This document shows, in pieces, positions 24,490-37,118 of a stretch of DNA of 64,000 nucleotides. Positions within the stretch are counted from its first letter, which is position 1, and each line of letters begins with the position of its first letter. The stretch spans positions 2,883,668 through 2,947,667 of the forward strand of contig NW_003314270.1 of NCBI RefSeq assembly GCF_000143415.4. The letters run 5' to 3'. The notes below the pieces were generated by a model. It was not told the origin of the DNA. It worked only from the letters and a program-made list of their open reading frames with translations, and ran no database searches. The DNA is from Selaginella moellendorffii (lineage: Eukaryota > Plantae > Lycopodiophyta). The position numbers were made by a program, and so were the translations under genes.

Positions 24490-26110
24490 GAGTAAAGGAT
24501 CAATCAAGTAATCCTTCCAAGCATCACTTAATCTCCCGCCATGGCTACAACCGCTAAGAAGCCTGAGTAGGACAAACACATCAGGCAGGAATCCTTCAAG
24601 AATCATCTTACTCATTATCTCAAACGCATGAACAAAGCAGCCATTGAGAGCATAAGCTGTGAGAAAGACGATATAGGCTGTGGCGTTGTGAAAGGCATCA
24701 TATAGAAAAGCTCGCGGGCTCTAGTTACATCCCCAATTTGAGCATTTGCGAGACGTCCAGGATACCTCATGTTATGCAAATCAATATAGCGCAGCATCCA
24801 CGTCACCAGGACGCGGCCAGTTTGGGCCATGGCGGCAATCGTGGACGTAAAGCACCAAACCTCCCATTCAGGCATCCGTACAAAGAAGTCGTCGGTTTCA
24901 TTGATATGCCCCATTTGGGCAAGCACTGTGACTGCCAGAATCCACGACATTGTGTCTCTCGCTGGCATGGAAAGAATCAAGGAGTAGGCTTCCTGCCCTA
25001 GGCAAGAGCCTATCATCGTGTTCCACGTTGCCGTGGATCTCAACAGCATACTGTCGAAGAGTTCCTTTGCCAACTCCAAATGCCAGTTCCCACGACATCC
25101 CGGCCGCTCATTTTCTCGAACATGTCGCACAAACGGTCGAGATCGCCGGCGCGGGCGTGGTGGTGTCTGACTGATGCTCCGCTAAGGTCATAGTGCCAAC
25201 ATGTACACAAATTACAAGAAACTCTGTTCATTTGGAGTCTAGCAAAAAGACTTTCGTGAGATACCATATGATCCCTGGACGTACACGTTTCCAGCATTGA
25301 CTGGATTCCAATCTCCGCGAGGCCATGTTGGTCGGGATCCATTAACCGCCCAGTTTGTAGCAATGCTCCAATATGCGATTGATCAAGTAGTCCAAATGCC
25401 CATTAAGGGAATGTGCTAGAGCATAACGTTCCAACACACCTCGTGCAATCTGGTCAACATTTTTAGCGCAGTACGTGGCCAGTCCGAGCCATAGCGGCAA
25501 CCATTACCAAACCTCCCATTGAGGCATCAGTATCAAGAAGTCCACAGTTTCCGTTATATGCCCCATTTGGGCACGATTTCCAGAATCCACGACACTGACC
25601 TCGCGCTGGCCTTTGTGGTATTATCTTAAAGAGTTCTTTTGCCAACTCAAAATACCCCTTCTGGGCATTCACCGTAATCATCCAGTTCCAGCACACGACA
25701 TCCCGGCCGCCCATTCTCTCAAAACATGTCGCACGAACGGTCGAGATCGCCGGCGCGGGCGTAGTGGTCTATCATTGTCGTCCACGACATGGCATCTGGG
25801 GCCTTGAGTCGATCAAACAGGTTTCTCGCATCCTCGAGGCGCCCATTCTCGGCAAGCGCTGCGACGGTCACATTCCACGCGCAACTCCTGGGCTTGGCGA
25901 GGTCGTGGAAGATCTCCAGGGTGTGCTCCGGGGCCTGCCGCATTTCCCATACATGCGAATGAGCTGCGAGACGAGGCGATCGTTGCCTCGATGCCTTGTT
26001 CTAGCGCTGTGGGCGTGTTCTAGGATCGTAGTGGCCAGATTCTTGGAATCGCTGGACCAATCGCAGCAGGAAATCCAGATCATCGGCATCTGGAGTGGAA
26101 GCGGCCGTGG
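24490..26110 (-). pseudogene. PPR pseudogene with internal tandem duplication (copy A)
   Basis: Broken PPR frames (MYGKCG, DAMSWTTMIDHYARAG, LLSGCSHGG) and two homologous internal units. Confidence 0.85.
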
Positions 26111-26271
26111 CATGGAAGAAGAATTAATGTATAGAAATTTCAAGAATATGCGCGAATTGTCTTCCTAATTTAAAGTACGGATCCTAGGAATATGCTCGAA
26201 TAATCTTCCTTTTAAGAATATGCCCAAATAATCTTCCTACTCTAAGACCAGTCCCATGATGGACTCTCTGT

Positions 26272-26913
26272 ATGGGTGATCCAGCACCACTAGAGGCAAG
26301 ATTTGCATCCCATCGCAACATCAAACCACGGAGTGGAAGATGGAAAGAGGCCATTTTTAACAAGAGTGTCAAGGATGCGGTGGAAGAGGAGCAGCAAGAG
26401 AAAAGCCCGGCAAATGTGGGCAAGTACGCAAGCCTCATTAGAAGCTGCACGGCCACGCAAAATCTAAGCGACGGGCGACGCCTCCACCATCACATAGCAT
26501 CGCACCCCAACTCCAAGTACAGAAAGGACCGATTCCTGGGGAATTTGCTCGTGAACATGTACGGCAAGAGTGGCTGCGTCGACGAGGCTCGCGCGGTGTT
26601 TGACGCTATTGCCCATTCGAATGTGTTCTCGTGGAACATGATTCTTGCAGCATACGCCTTGAACGGGCATTTGGACAAAGAAAAATCCACGTTTGAAGAA
26701 ATGCCTGCGAAAGATGCAGCCTCGTGGACGTGCATGATAGCTGCATATGGTCAGGTGCGCCAACTTTTTGAGGCTAGAGAATTGTTTGATTCTATGCAAA
26801 ATCCCAGCGTGGTTCCTTGGAACGCTATCATCTCTGCATATGCCCATGCAGGGCATGCGTGGAATATGGAGCCTGGGAATGCCGCTCCCTACGTGCTGCT
26901 CAACACTACGTAA
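26272..26913 (+). CDS. Internally deleted PPR ORF (213 aa), copy A of 45914-47620; possibly a pseudogene
   Basis: Nearly identical to copy B but lacks 1065 bp in frame (junction GGGCAT|GCGTGG). Confidence 0.7.
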   Translation: MGDPAPLEARFASHRNIKPRSGRWKEAIFNKSVKDAVEEEQQEKSPANVGKYASLIRSCTATQNLSDGRRLHHHIASHPNSKYRKDRFLGNLLVNMYGKSGCVDEARAVFDAIAHSNVFSWNMILAAYALNGHLDKEKSTFEEMPAKDAASWTCMIAAYGQVRQLFEARELFDSMQNPSVVPWNAIISAYAHAGHAWNMEPGNAAPYVLLNTT

Positions 26914-27090
26914 TCTAAGCAAAAGGTGGCGTAGTCCCACTTTATGAGCAAAAGGTGGCGTACGTTTTAGAAGATGCCGTGTTGGAATGCTACAATTTTG
27001 TCGTGTTGTTCCTCATGCCACAAAATGCCAGCAGAAAAGAGGGTCTTCTGTAGAAAATACTAGAGAGGAAGAAAAAAAGAGACAGAGATC

Positions 27091-28234
27091 ATGGGGGTCG
27101 CTGCAAATCTAGACGCAATTCTTGGGGAGTCTCTCACGATTGAGGACTACTACGTCACTGATCCAAGCGATCGTCCCACCGTTCCGCACAACGCATACGA
27201 TGACGCCTCCGACACAATCCCTTGCCTCCACCTCGCGAGAATTCGTGCCTCATCGGGCAAAGATCGCAAGCGGATGCTCGAGGAGGTGAGAGATGCCGTT
27301 TGCGAGTGGGGTTTTTTTTGAGTGGTGGCTCACGGCGTGGATGAGAAGCTCGTCGATGATACGGTTGCATGGGCTCGCGGTATCTTCGACATGGATCTCG
27401 AGACCAAGCTTAAATCCCTGGTGGATGACTCGTCCGGAAGTCTTGCCGGATACCATTGCGGCGTCGTCAAACAGAACAAATCCTGGCAGGAATCATTCCA
27501 CTCCGGGCCGACCCCAGCGATTTCAAGATCGCTGCCGAGAAGTTGTGGCCTTCCAGCGAGGAAATCAAGTATGTTCTTTGTTTCTAAGTTGATCTAAAAC
27601 TTTGTGCAGGGAGATGCATTACAAGTTCTCGATGGCTATGGAGGAGCTCGCTCTGGAGATCCTCCAGCTGCTGGAGGAGACTCTGGGAGTCACTAGCGGG
27701 GATTTCACACGCCACTGGGAGCGACTGAAGAGAACTCTCGTTCGCTTCAATTGGTATCCTCCTTGCGAAGAGCCTGGCCTTGTTCTTGGCGCTGGCTCCC
27801 ACACAGACCCCGATATCATCACCATCCTCCTTCAGGACGAAGTTGGAGGGCTCCAGATCCTCAAAGACTCCAAATGGATCGCTTGTAAGCCACTGCATGG
27901 GTCTTTTGTCGTCAACGTTGGGGATTGCTTGCAGGTATAGTCTTGTTTCTTTATAAATTATTAGAGACTATTGTTTTGTTATTTCTTCCAGGTATTAAGC
28001 AACGATTTTCTTCCTAGCCTCCAGCATCGAGCCGTGCTAAACAAGGAGAAAGCTCGATTGTCCGTTGTTACTTTTGTGCTTCCAAAGGTCGATGCAACAA
28101 TTGAGCCATCATCGGATCTGGTCGATGAAGATCACCCTGCAGCATTCAGACGTTTAATGTTTGAGGAAATTATCAATGCTGCGAAAGAAATGAAGTTCAA
28201 AGGAAAAGAGGTTCTATCTCTTTTCCGTGTTTGA
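27091..28234 (+). pseudogene. 2OG-Fe(II) dioxygenase pseudogene (copy A)
   Basis: CGA>TGA nonsense codon at 27319-27321 and a 1-bp deletion near 27505 relative to copy B. Confidence 0.88.
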
Positions 28235-30180
28235 GAAAAAAGTGTGCCTAGAATATGCTTTATTCCTTAAAATAATTTATTGCCTGGAATATGCTTTATT
28301 CCGCGACCAAACACATTTATTTGTTCAGTTGTTTAGGGCTTGTAATCTTTGTCAAACAAGAAGGAAAGTTGGGTTTGGACTTTGTAGTGTTTTTTTCTTT
28401 GTTATACTGCCGTCTCTCCGATGTTGATGCCCCAACCATATCCCTCTAGATCTTTGGTCGACCAAGAGCCTGATGGATTCATCCCACATTTTATCAAACA
28501 AGTTTGGGGAGCATAATAAAAACTAGATCTCCCCGACACGCTTGACAGCTCCACAAGCAAACTCTGGAGGGAGAGAGACTTTAAAAATCACACACAGTTG
28601 CTTTAGGCGTTGATTTTGGATTCAGTCCACTGGATTCTGATGGATCCACGCCAACAGATGTTTGGAGGAAGAAAAAAGAAACATTTGAGCTTGGATTTGG
28701 ATCGCGATGCTGATACCGAGGGTCACGAGATTTCTGCACCGCAAAGTCCATGATATCACCCAGATCTATTGAACTTTTCTACGTGCCTGGCCGACCTAAA
28801 CTTGCATCGATTTTGCGGCACAATGTGGAAGAGAAACTGTTGCGCCCTCTTACCTTTGTCTCAAAGGAGGATCCATCCGAATCTCTGCTTGTTTCTTGCG
28901 TTTGTCCCAATGTTGGACCTCTGTCACCTTTTGCCAACTTCTAACAAATAAACACTCAAAATGCATCATGTTCTCAACCTCCATCCATACCATCTTTAAA
29001 TCTTTTTTCATTCCTCATCCACACATATACAGAATTGTTCCGAATTATAATTGCGCTGGTAATAATACAATGGTGATTATTATTCCGCATTTGCCTGCAA
29101 GTATTGACTGACCGGGATTGATCAATATCACAGGAAATTTGATGAGAAATATATATAAAAATAAGTAGAAAAGCTGCAAAGGTTCCTCCACGCCAGAAGA
29201 TCAGAATATTAGTCGACTCTGGGGTCACACACAGAACTTATTCTTTTTCATCTTCTTCTTCTTCTTCCTCATTTGCGCTCTAGCCAAGGAGCAGTGATGG
29301 ACTGACCTGACCCTTGAAATTGAGAGGTCCTTGCTTCTTCAGCAGAGGACACGACCACTGCATCTACAACACACACTACCTTGTCTTGTCATTCTGCTGA
29401 AAGATTTCAGGATATGTGGATTAAAAAACTATATGGAATTTATGCTTTTCTAGATAAGAATCACATTTACATGGCCCATTTATTCGACCGTCCACAAAAT
29501 TCCTCCTCGGGGAAGAACAATAGTTATATAACTATATCCGCTCCTGGAAAAGTAAGAAAATCACCCATTTTGAGAAATTTCTCTACCCAAGCATAAAGAA
29601 AATCATTGATTTTATTCTCATTCCTGCGCGAAAAGAATGGAAAAATCATTCCACAATTCCTTTGGAGTAGCTTCCAAGTGTGAAAATCAATGATTCTGCA
29701 CGTCCGTACACTGGGTGTTTGCATCAAGCTATCAACCTTTGCAAAACGGAGTCCCTTATTATAGTAAGAAAAAAGATTCCATGTTCGAAGAGTTTGTACC
29801 GCAGGGAGTACAAAGGAACAGGCCAAAGACACCTATATCACCGATTTAAAAACAATGGTCCTCTTGCTTCTCCTTCCTCCCACCTCTGATTTATTGGAGC
29901 ATATATCGTCTCCCCACTTGGGATTGAAAGCTAGCAGGTGAGCAAATGCAAGGCGCAAGCACATCTCCACCACCAAAAATCTCAAATCCCAAATCCCAAA
30001 TCTAAGCTTGGCTTTTGTTGTTGCTCCACATCTCATCTCACGTACGGAACATGAGGTTTAAAGTCCCACTTGTGAGCACAAAGAGGCAAACCAACATAAA
30101 CATTGTGGTCCTTTGCGCTGCTGGTTGCTGTTTGCAATAGTGTTGGGTGATAGTGGTCATTGCAACCAAGGAAAAAAAAG

Positions 30181-30669
30181 GGCTATAAGGATAGTGAGTA
30201 AGTTGAGTATGACCAACTAACTTGAAGCATAGTTTAGCTTCTATTTGGGTGTTTGTCTTTGTTTTATGTTTGGTTTAGGTCTAAGCCCAAGTTTCACACC
30301 ATGCTAGTTAATGGAGTATCTATATCTGTACGTTAGGCCACTGGTATGCTGAAATAGCGCCAAAGTTCATTTAGCTTTGTTTTGCATGTTAATTCTGGCA
30401 TTGGGATGTTGGATGCTCTAAGATTGTTCCAAGTTACTCCATTCTCTTGTCCCTTAGTTACTCCTTAGGCTATATGCTCAAGAGTTGTTCTATGATTTAT
30501 TGCTATCATTCCTTAACTCCATGCTTGGGAGTTTGGCTTTATTCCTTCATTCAGTGGCCCAAGGCCCCGAAATTTGGCTTCTGCACCACTATTCTTTAGA
30601 CATATGGCACATAAAGGGTTTAGATTTTTCTTCATGATTATCTTATGGTAAATCACCATAGGACAAAGG
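30181..30669 (+). mobile_element. Truncated LTR of family X (continues at 40659-40678), host of the gypsy insertion
   Basis: Reverse-complement homology to 32641-33090 and 36200-36545. Its terminus AAAACCACGTGCGCTATA lies just beyond the Y element. Confidence 0.8.
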
Positions 30670-31714
30670 TGTAAGCCACAAATTTTTCCTTTCCAATTTG
30701 CAATTTTACCTCATCTATCTGACCAACACTTCCTTGGATTTAGCTAAGTTTCCTCGCCAAGGTTTTTGCCTATGGTACTAGCTCCTACTTAGTTTCAGCT
30801 ATTCACTACACAAGTAATGGAGCGATAACTATTCATCCACAGATTCCCAAATCTCTCCCAATCCCCCTCCCTAGGTTAAACTGGACTTAAGGTTCGGCTA
30901 CACTCCCCACAAGCACAAGCAGCTAAGCACACCAAGCCTCCAGAAGGGAAGGCCCAAGCCCCTAGGCAGGGTGAGGATCAATGAGCCACATGGTACTCAA
31001 GTGGGGCACCACTCCACATAAGCTAGGAGCACTGCAGTTGGTTTTCCTTCTGGGAGTGGGAGTTGCTCTTGAGCACTTTCTGCGGTGGCCCCTTCGGCAC
31101 CACTCAAGTCCATGCTCACTCCCACCCAAGGCCCCTTGACCCCAATCTTAACCTTAAGGCAGTTTGGAAGCACTACTAGAGAGTTCCTTCAAGATTAGTT
31201 CTTAAACCTCACTATCCCTACTAAATTTTGGGAACCTTGGGAGGGGGGCCCCCCCCCCCCCCCCCCCCCCTACAACAACTTGGGGAGTTGGTTCCTTACA
31301 ACTCCACCAACCATAGAAGAAGTTTGATATCAACGTCAAATGTCTCTTTTTAATCTTACGACTTGTTGACCATGTCTCCGGGGGCATCCTCCCACTTAGT
31401 GGTGTGCCTAAATTAGCTTCCTCGACCAAGAGCCCATGACAACAAAATATAGGTGTCCTTATACCCCTCACCTCACCACGCCCTAGTATGGGGTTGGGAC
31501 TTAAACCCAGCCTTGCTTTACTAGGGGGTTGGGACTTGAACCCAACCTTCGTAGAATCCATCTACAGATTTGACATCCCCATGGGGAGTTAGGGGTAGTT
31601 CCCTACACCTAGTTGACCTAGCTAACACATGCTAATTAGCTTACCTTCGGCGGGCCTTCAGGTCTCAACATATGCTATTGCTCAACTTCACAAATTGATA
31701 TTTTTAATTGAACT

Positions 31715-32623
31715 TTAAGTACATAGAGTTCTGCCTTGCAAAAATTCCTCCACTAGATCTTGCGCGTTCGCGAGGTTCTTCTTCGGTTCCCATGTTGTTT
31801 CGCAGTGTGGAAATCCTTTCCACTTCATATAGAACTCCCTCACCTCGTGTCCTTGTCGTTTGCTCTTGTGTGCATTGAGGATGGCCTCGACTTCGTATTC
31901 CTCTTCCCCTTGGATAACCTTAGATAAAAGTCTCACTTGGTCCTTGCGAAGTGGATCCTCAAAGTATAGTTTGAGTAAATTCACATGGAATATTGGGTGC
32001 ATCTTCCCTATCTCTTGAGGAAGTCGGAGGTAGTAAACCACTTTACCAATTCGTGCCTCAATCTTGTAAGGCCCCGTGAACTTGCTTAAAGAACTCAAAA
32101 TCAATTCATTTCCAGGAATACATGCATTTTTACCTTTGGGTCAACATCTGGTTAATCCCACTTGGTAGCCATAGGTTCTTGATGTTCAACCACACCTTCT
32201 CCCCAGATTGGAACTCTACATCTCGGCGCTTTTGGTTAGCGTACTTAGTTTGCCTTTGTTGAGCTCATTCCAAGGAATCCCCCACTAAATTCCAAATGTT
32301 GAGTCTTTTGGCCGTAAATGCTTCCACTACGGATAACTCTCCATGATACTTGGCCATGCCGAGTTCCACAGGACCTTCAATAACTCACTAATTAATGACT
32401 TCCCATGGACTCACCCCGATACTCGAATGTGGTGAGTTGTTATAGCACATTTCCGTAAGTCCCAAATGATTTACCCAATTGGTCCGGTCTCCCAAGACAT
32501 AGCATCACAAATAATCCTCCAGCTACATATTCACCCTTTCCATTTGTTTATTTGTCAAGAAGTGTTATTGCCATTAAATTTGACTTAATACCCAATATCT
32601 ATTTGTGTGTGATAGACTGTGCT
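31715..32623 (-). pseudogene. Gypsy integrase C-half with GPY motif and chromodomain
   Basis: STVYHTQ...ERVN.LEDYL, KFTGPYKI, HPIFHVNLLK and YEVEAIL...YMKWKGFPHCETTWEP. Confidence 0.92.
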
Positions 32624-35600
32624 TGTAGCGCACGTGGTTTTGACCCTATAGTGATTTACCATAGGATAACACCACGAAACGGAACCTAAACCCTTCATGT
32701 GCCATGTGACAGATGCCACATGTCACATGCCATGTGTCCAAAGGAACGTGGTGTGGAACCCAAATTTCAGGGCCTTGGGCCACTAAACAAAGGAACGGTG
32801 CCAAAACTCCCAAGTTTAGAGCCAAGGAGTGACGGAACCGAACCACGGAGCAACTCTCAAGCATACAGCCCAAGGAGCGAAGGGACAGGAGCCCAGAGCA
32901 ACTTGGAACAGTCCTAGAGCAACCAGCATCCCAATGCCAGGACCAGCATGCAAAACGGAGCCAAACGAAGTCTGGTGCTATTTCGGCATATCGGTGGCCT
33001 AACGCGAGGACATGGGTACTCCACCAGCTACCATGGTGTGGAACTTGGGCTTAGACCCAAGCCGGACGTACAACAAGGACAGGCACACAAGCAGCCAATC
33101 TCTACCAATTGGCCAATCGCGAAGTACCATGGCCAATCGCGAGGACAAGGACAGGCACACAGGATGAACACCATTGTGTTCAGGCCAATCTCTACATTCC
33201 GTAGATATGCCAAATAAGCAAATCTAGACACTTTCCATAAATAACATTTAGGACCAAAATAAGACTAACACAAAGGGCATGATAGCGAGGGTGTTTGGCA
33301 TACACGGTAAGCCATCATCTAACGATATTGAGGGACCAAGCTCAATATCACGGGGGTTCTTGATACTAGCAAGTGCAAGCCAATGACAGGAGTTTCTCAA
33401 ACCGGGCCGAGTATGCTCAGCAAAAAACACATAAGAGTTCCTACCTTATGTTTATTCGATTTAAGTGCATGGTCAATAACCAGTTTCTCAACTAGCTCAA
33501 GTGGGAACTGATAACGGGTCCAGCAATACCGACCTCCTGTCATTGTGGCAATAAGGAAAGAATATCCAAAAGGACTAGCCGACAGATAACTTTCGATACC
33601 CGAAGTCACATTTGCGACACTCTTCCCCTCTAGGGCAGATCGACGTCCTCATCGATGCATACTCGAGTCTAGAATACCGCTAAGGAAACAACTCCAAAAA
33701 AAGTTCATGGAATTCACACTATGTGAGAAATGCATCAACTTAAATGAGTGAGAGGGGCAACCTCTTTGTCTAACACGGATGCGCTACCAACTCAGACACC
33801 TTCCGGCTGTCGCCGATAAGGAAATGACCAATAGAGTCAACCACCCTTGCTGCTCTGGGTGTCACCCAGCTACAAAAGTGTGATACGCCTCTGCCTGCAA
33901 GGACATAGAGAGAGAAGCCAAAGGCCCCAACCCTCCTGAGCAAAGAAACCAAACCCGTCAGTAAGGTTTAGATAGACTACTGTAAATAGGTAGTTAAAGT
34001 TGTTTTACACAGTCACACCCTTTTAATAGAAGAAGGAACATCAACAGAGAGGTGGGTTATATGACCAGTTGACAATAGCTACCCTATGACTAAAGATTTC
34101 AACATGCACACGAAGTGCCGAAGCCAGTCTGCATATACTAACCTAAACTCAAAGATCAATATATGGACTATATCAAAGTCATAGACAATAATATCTTAGA
34201 GACATAATTATCAGTGAATATACCGTAGATAGAACACAAAAGTATTCTAAGTAAGTTATCATTTGATAAACCAATATTATAGGATAGGAACCACCAAGAT
34301 CACTATAATTTGGAAAACATAGGATTCATCATCCAATAAAATTTAATAACAAGTATATCATTAAGTACACTCAATGAGAAAACTTAACTACCGAAGATTG
34401 TAGATAGTATGCTAAACAACATACTAAAGATAACTCAAAGAACACAAAGTATCCTTAACCGACAAGCACAATGCTCGCGAATGTATCACCCGAAGGAAAT
34501 AACATCCTAATCTATCAGGACTAACTCGAGCAACAATCAACAAAATAGAATGAATGTGGTAAGACCAACAAACACTTAGTCATGCCAACCATCACACAAG
34601 TCAATCTGAATAGATCCCGGTCAACAATACCAAGGAACCAGAGTTGTTTAAGCAAGTGTCAACAATATCCTATTGATATCTCAAACCCAAAAGACCAATC
34701 TAGAGCAAACCACAAATAACATGTGGTATTGCGAAAAGCCATAAGTTATCAAAGAGAATAACTAACCATTATGAAAAATCATCAATCATCCTATCAATAA
34801 AGAGATGCAGAATCATTATGAAAGAAGAAATCTACCATTCCGAAGAATAGCAAATTAATCTAGATCAAAGATAATCAAACAAAACCTCTAACAAGGATAA
34901 TCAATTATCCTAGATGATAGTCAATCATCACCAATGATTGCTAGATGCAAATACTAACTTGTACATCAAAGTTAGGACCCAAAATGCCTTCCCTAACAAC
35001 TTATAACAAATGAAATAATGAGCACAAAACTCAAGGAACGAAAAGCTCGAAGAAGCCTATAATCAAGTCTTGCTTACTAATGATCACGAGTCTCGCATGA
35101 ACTAACTTCAATACTAAAGAGAAATCATGGTACAACCCATAATATCCCCCTCAACATATCCATAATCTAAACTTCATAATGCCAAAGCTAAAGAAGAGCA
35201 TTTCTACATCAATCCAAAAGCTAAGCACAATGGAGTTATGCTTAACAAGTGATCACTAAACAATCCTCCATGAATCCATCTACAATAAGACGTAACTCAC
35301 CTTATAACAAGCACAAGAGAAATCATCAATGATTGATATATCCTAACTAAATCCAACAAGGATTCAATCACTTCAATATCAATCACTAACTCTTTCACTT
35401 GTAAGGCTAGTATAATCCAAGACTAATTATGTTTCAAGGAAAAACTAAAGCTCATCCCCTACTAAACAATCTTATCAAGAACACAACTGACCCAACTTGT
35501 CACTCAATTCATTTGACCGTCAATACAGTTGTTAACTAGCAAATGCACAAATGCTAATAACACAAAGCTATAATCAAATCATTAACACTACTTTTATTAA

Positions 35601-37118
35601 AACTAATGAAACTCAATATCAATCCTAAGGAAAGACATCTCATTTCGCTCAAATCTTAATATCAATATTGTTAATGACAAAGCATCGCTTTAATGCCATC
35701 AACACCATAACAAACTAAAAGAAAGTAAGAGTGAATCACCACTCAAAACTCCCTAGCAACCAAGCTAACCAAAGTCGAAGATACTTTAGTTAGTATCTGA
35801 GCCCAATCCTTCAACAAAACTTAGTTACAAATAACACTTCCTCAAGGAGTGAATCACCACATCCAAGACTCAATGAAATCCAACACTACGAACTAAACGC
35901 AACCAAAAGATATCGATAGAGGTAGATTCGACATGAGAACATGGAAAACCATGTAAGTCTAACGACACGATCTTTTGCAACACCATCCGGTAAAATAAGT
36001 CTATCACTGCTAAATCTTCATTGGGTGAAGCAAGTCTCAACAGCCCTTGACAAAGTCTACAAGTAATCATTAATTGCAAAGAAACTAACAATCACTCCTC
36101 AACTTGCCTTCACAAGACCAAAACACCAACTCTTGTCATCAAGTTATATAGTTATCCAACATAAACATAATACCCCAGATTGAGATAAAAGTTCATACTC
36201 CCAAACATGGAGCCAAGGAGTGATAGAACCAGACCACAAAGCAACTCTTGAGCATACAGCCCAAGGAGCGAAGGGACAAGAGCCCGGAGCAACTTGGAAC
36301 AGTTCAGGAGTAACCAGCATCCTAATGCCAAGACCAGCATGTAAAACAGAGCCAAACGGAGTCTGGCGCTATTTCAGCATATCGGTAGCCTAATGCAAGG
36401 ATATGAGTACTCCACCAGCTAGTATGGAATGAAACTTGAGCTTAGACCCAAGCCGAATGCAAAACAAGGATAGGCACGCAAGTGGGAGCTAGACTATGCC
36501 TCAAGTTGGTCAGCCATGCCCGACCTACCCACTATCCCTACTATACATTTGGAACCCCCCCTTTTGAGGGACACACGCTTTGGGATTTCAGGAGTTAGTC
36601 TCTAGGACAAGTCCGAAACTTACTAAATATGGAATGGTGCTAGATTGCGAATTTGGACACGGGACGAACACCATTGTGTTCAGGCCAATCTCTACATTCT
36701 CTAGATATGCCAAATGAGCAAATCTAGACAATTCCATAAATAGCATTTAGGACCAGAATGAGACTAACACAAAAGGCATGATAGCGAGGGTGTTTGGCAT
36801 ACACGGTAAGCCATCATCTAGCGATATTGAGGGACCAAGCTCAATATCACGGGGGTTCTTGATACTAGCAAGTGCAAGCCAATGACAGGAGTTTCTCAAA
36901 CCGGGCTGAGTATGCTCAGCAAGAAACACATAAGAGTTCCTACCTTATGTTTATTCGATTTAAGTGCACGGTTAATGACCAATTTCTCAACTAGCTCAAA
37001 TGGGAACTGATAATTGGTCCAACAATGCCAACCTCCTGCCGTCGTGGCAGTAAGGAAAGAATATCCGAAAGGACTTGCTGAAAGGTAACTTTTGATACCC
37101 GAAGTCACATTCGCGACA
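32624..37118 (-). mobile_element. Non-autonomous LTR retrotransposon (family X) nested in the Y integrase; LTRs 32624-33619 and ~36197-37118 (truncated); TSD GTGCT/ATGCT
   Basis: Direct repeats ending GCGACA and a PPT (GAGGGGAAGAG on the minus strand) at 33620-33630. Excising it rejoins the integrase as KFS-TVYH. The internal region has no recognisable gag-pol. Confidence 0.88.

Larger units (their letters stand above)
20990..30180 (+). repeat. Segmental duplication copy A (partner 40945-50900)
   Basis: Collinear homology from CACAAC...TCCTTG(T)TTTTATCC to TGCAACCAAGGAAAAA. Confidence 0.92.
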
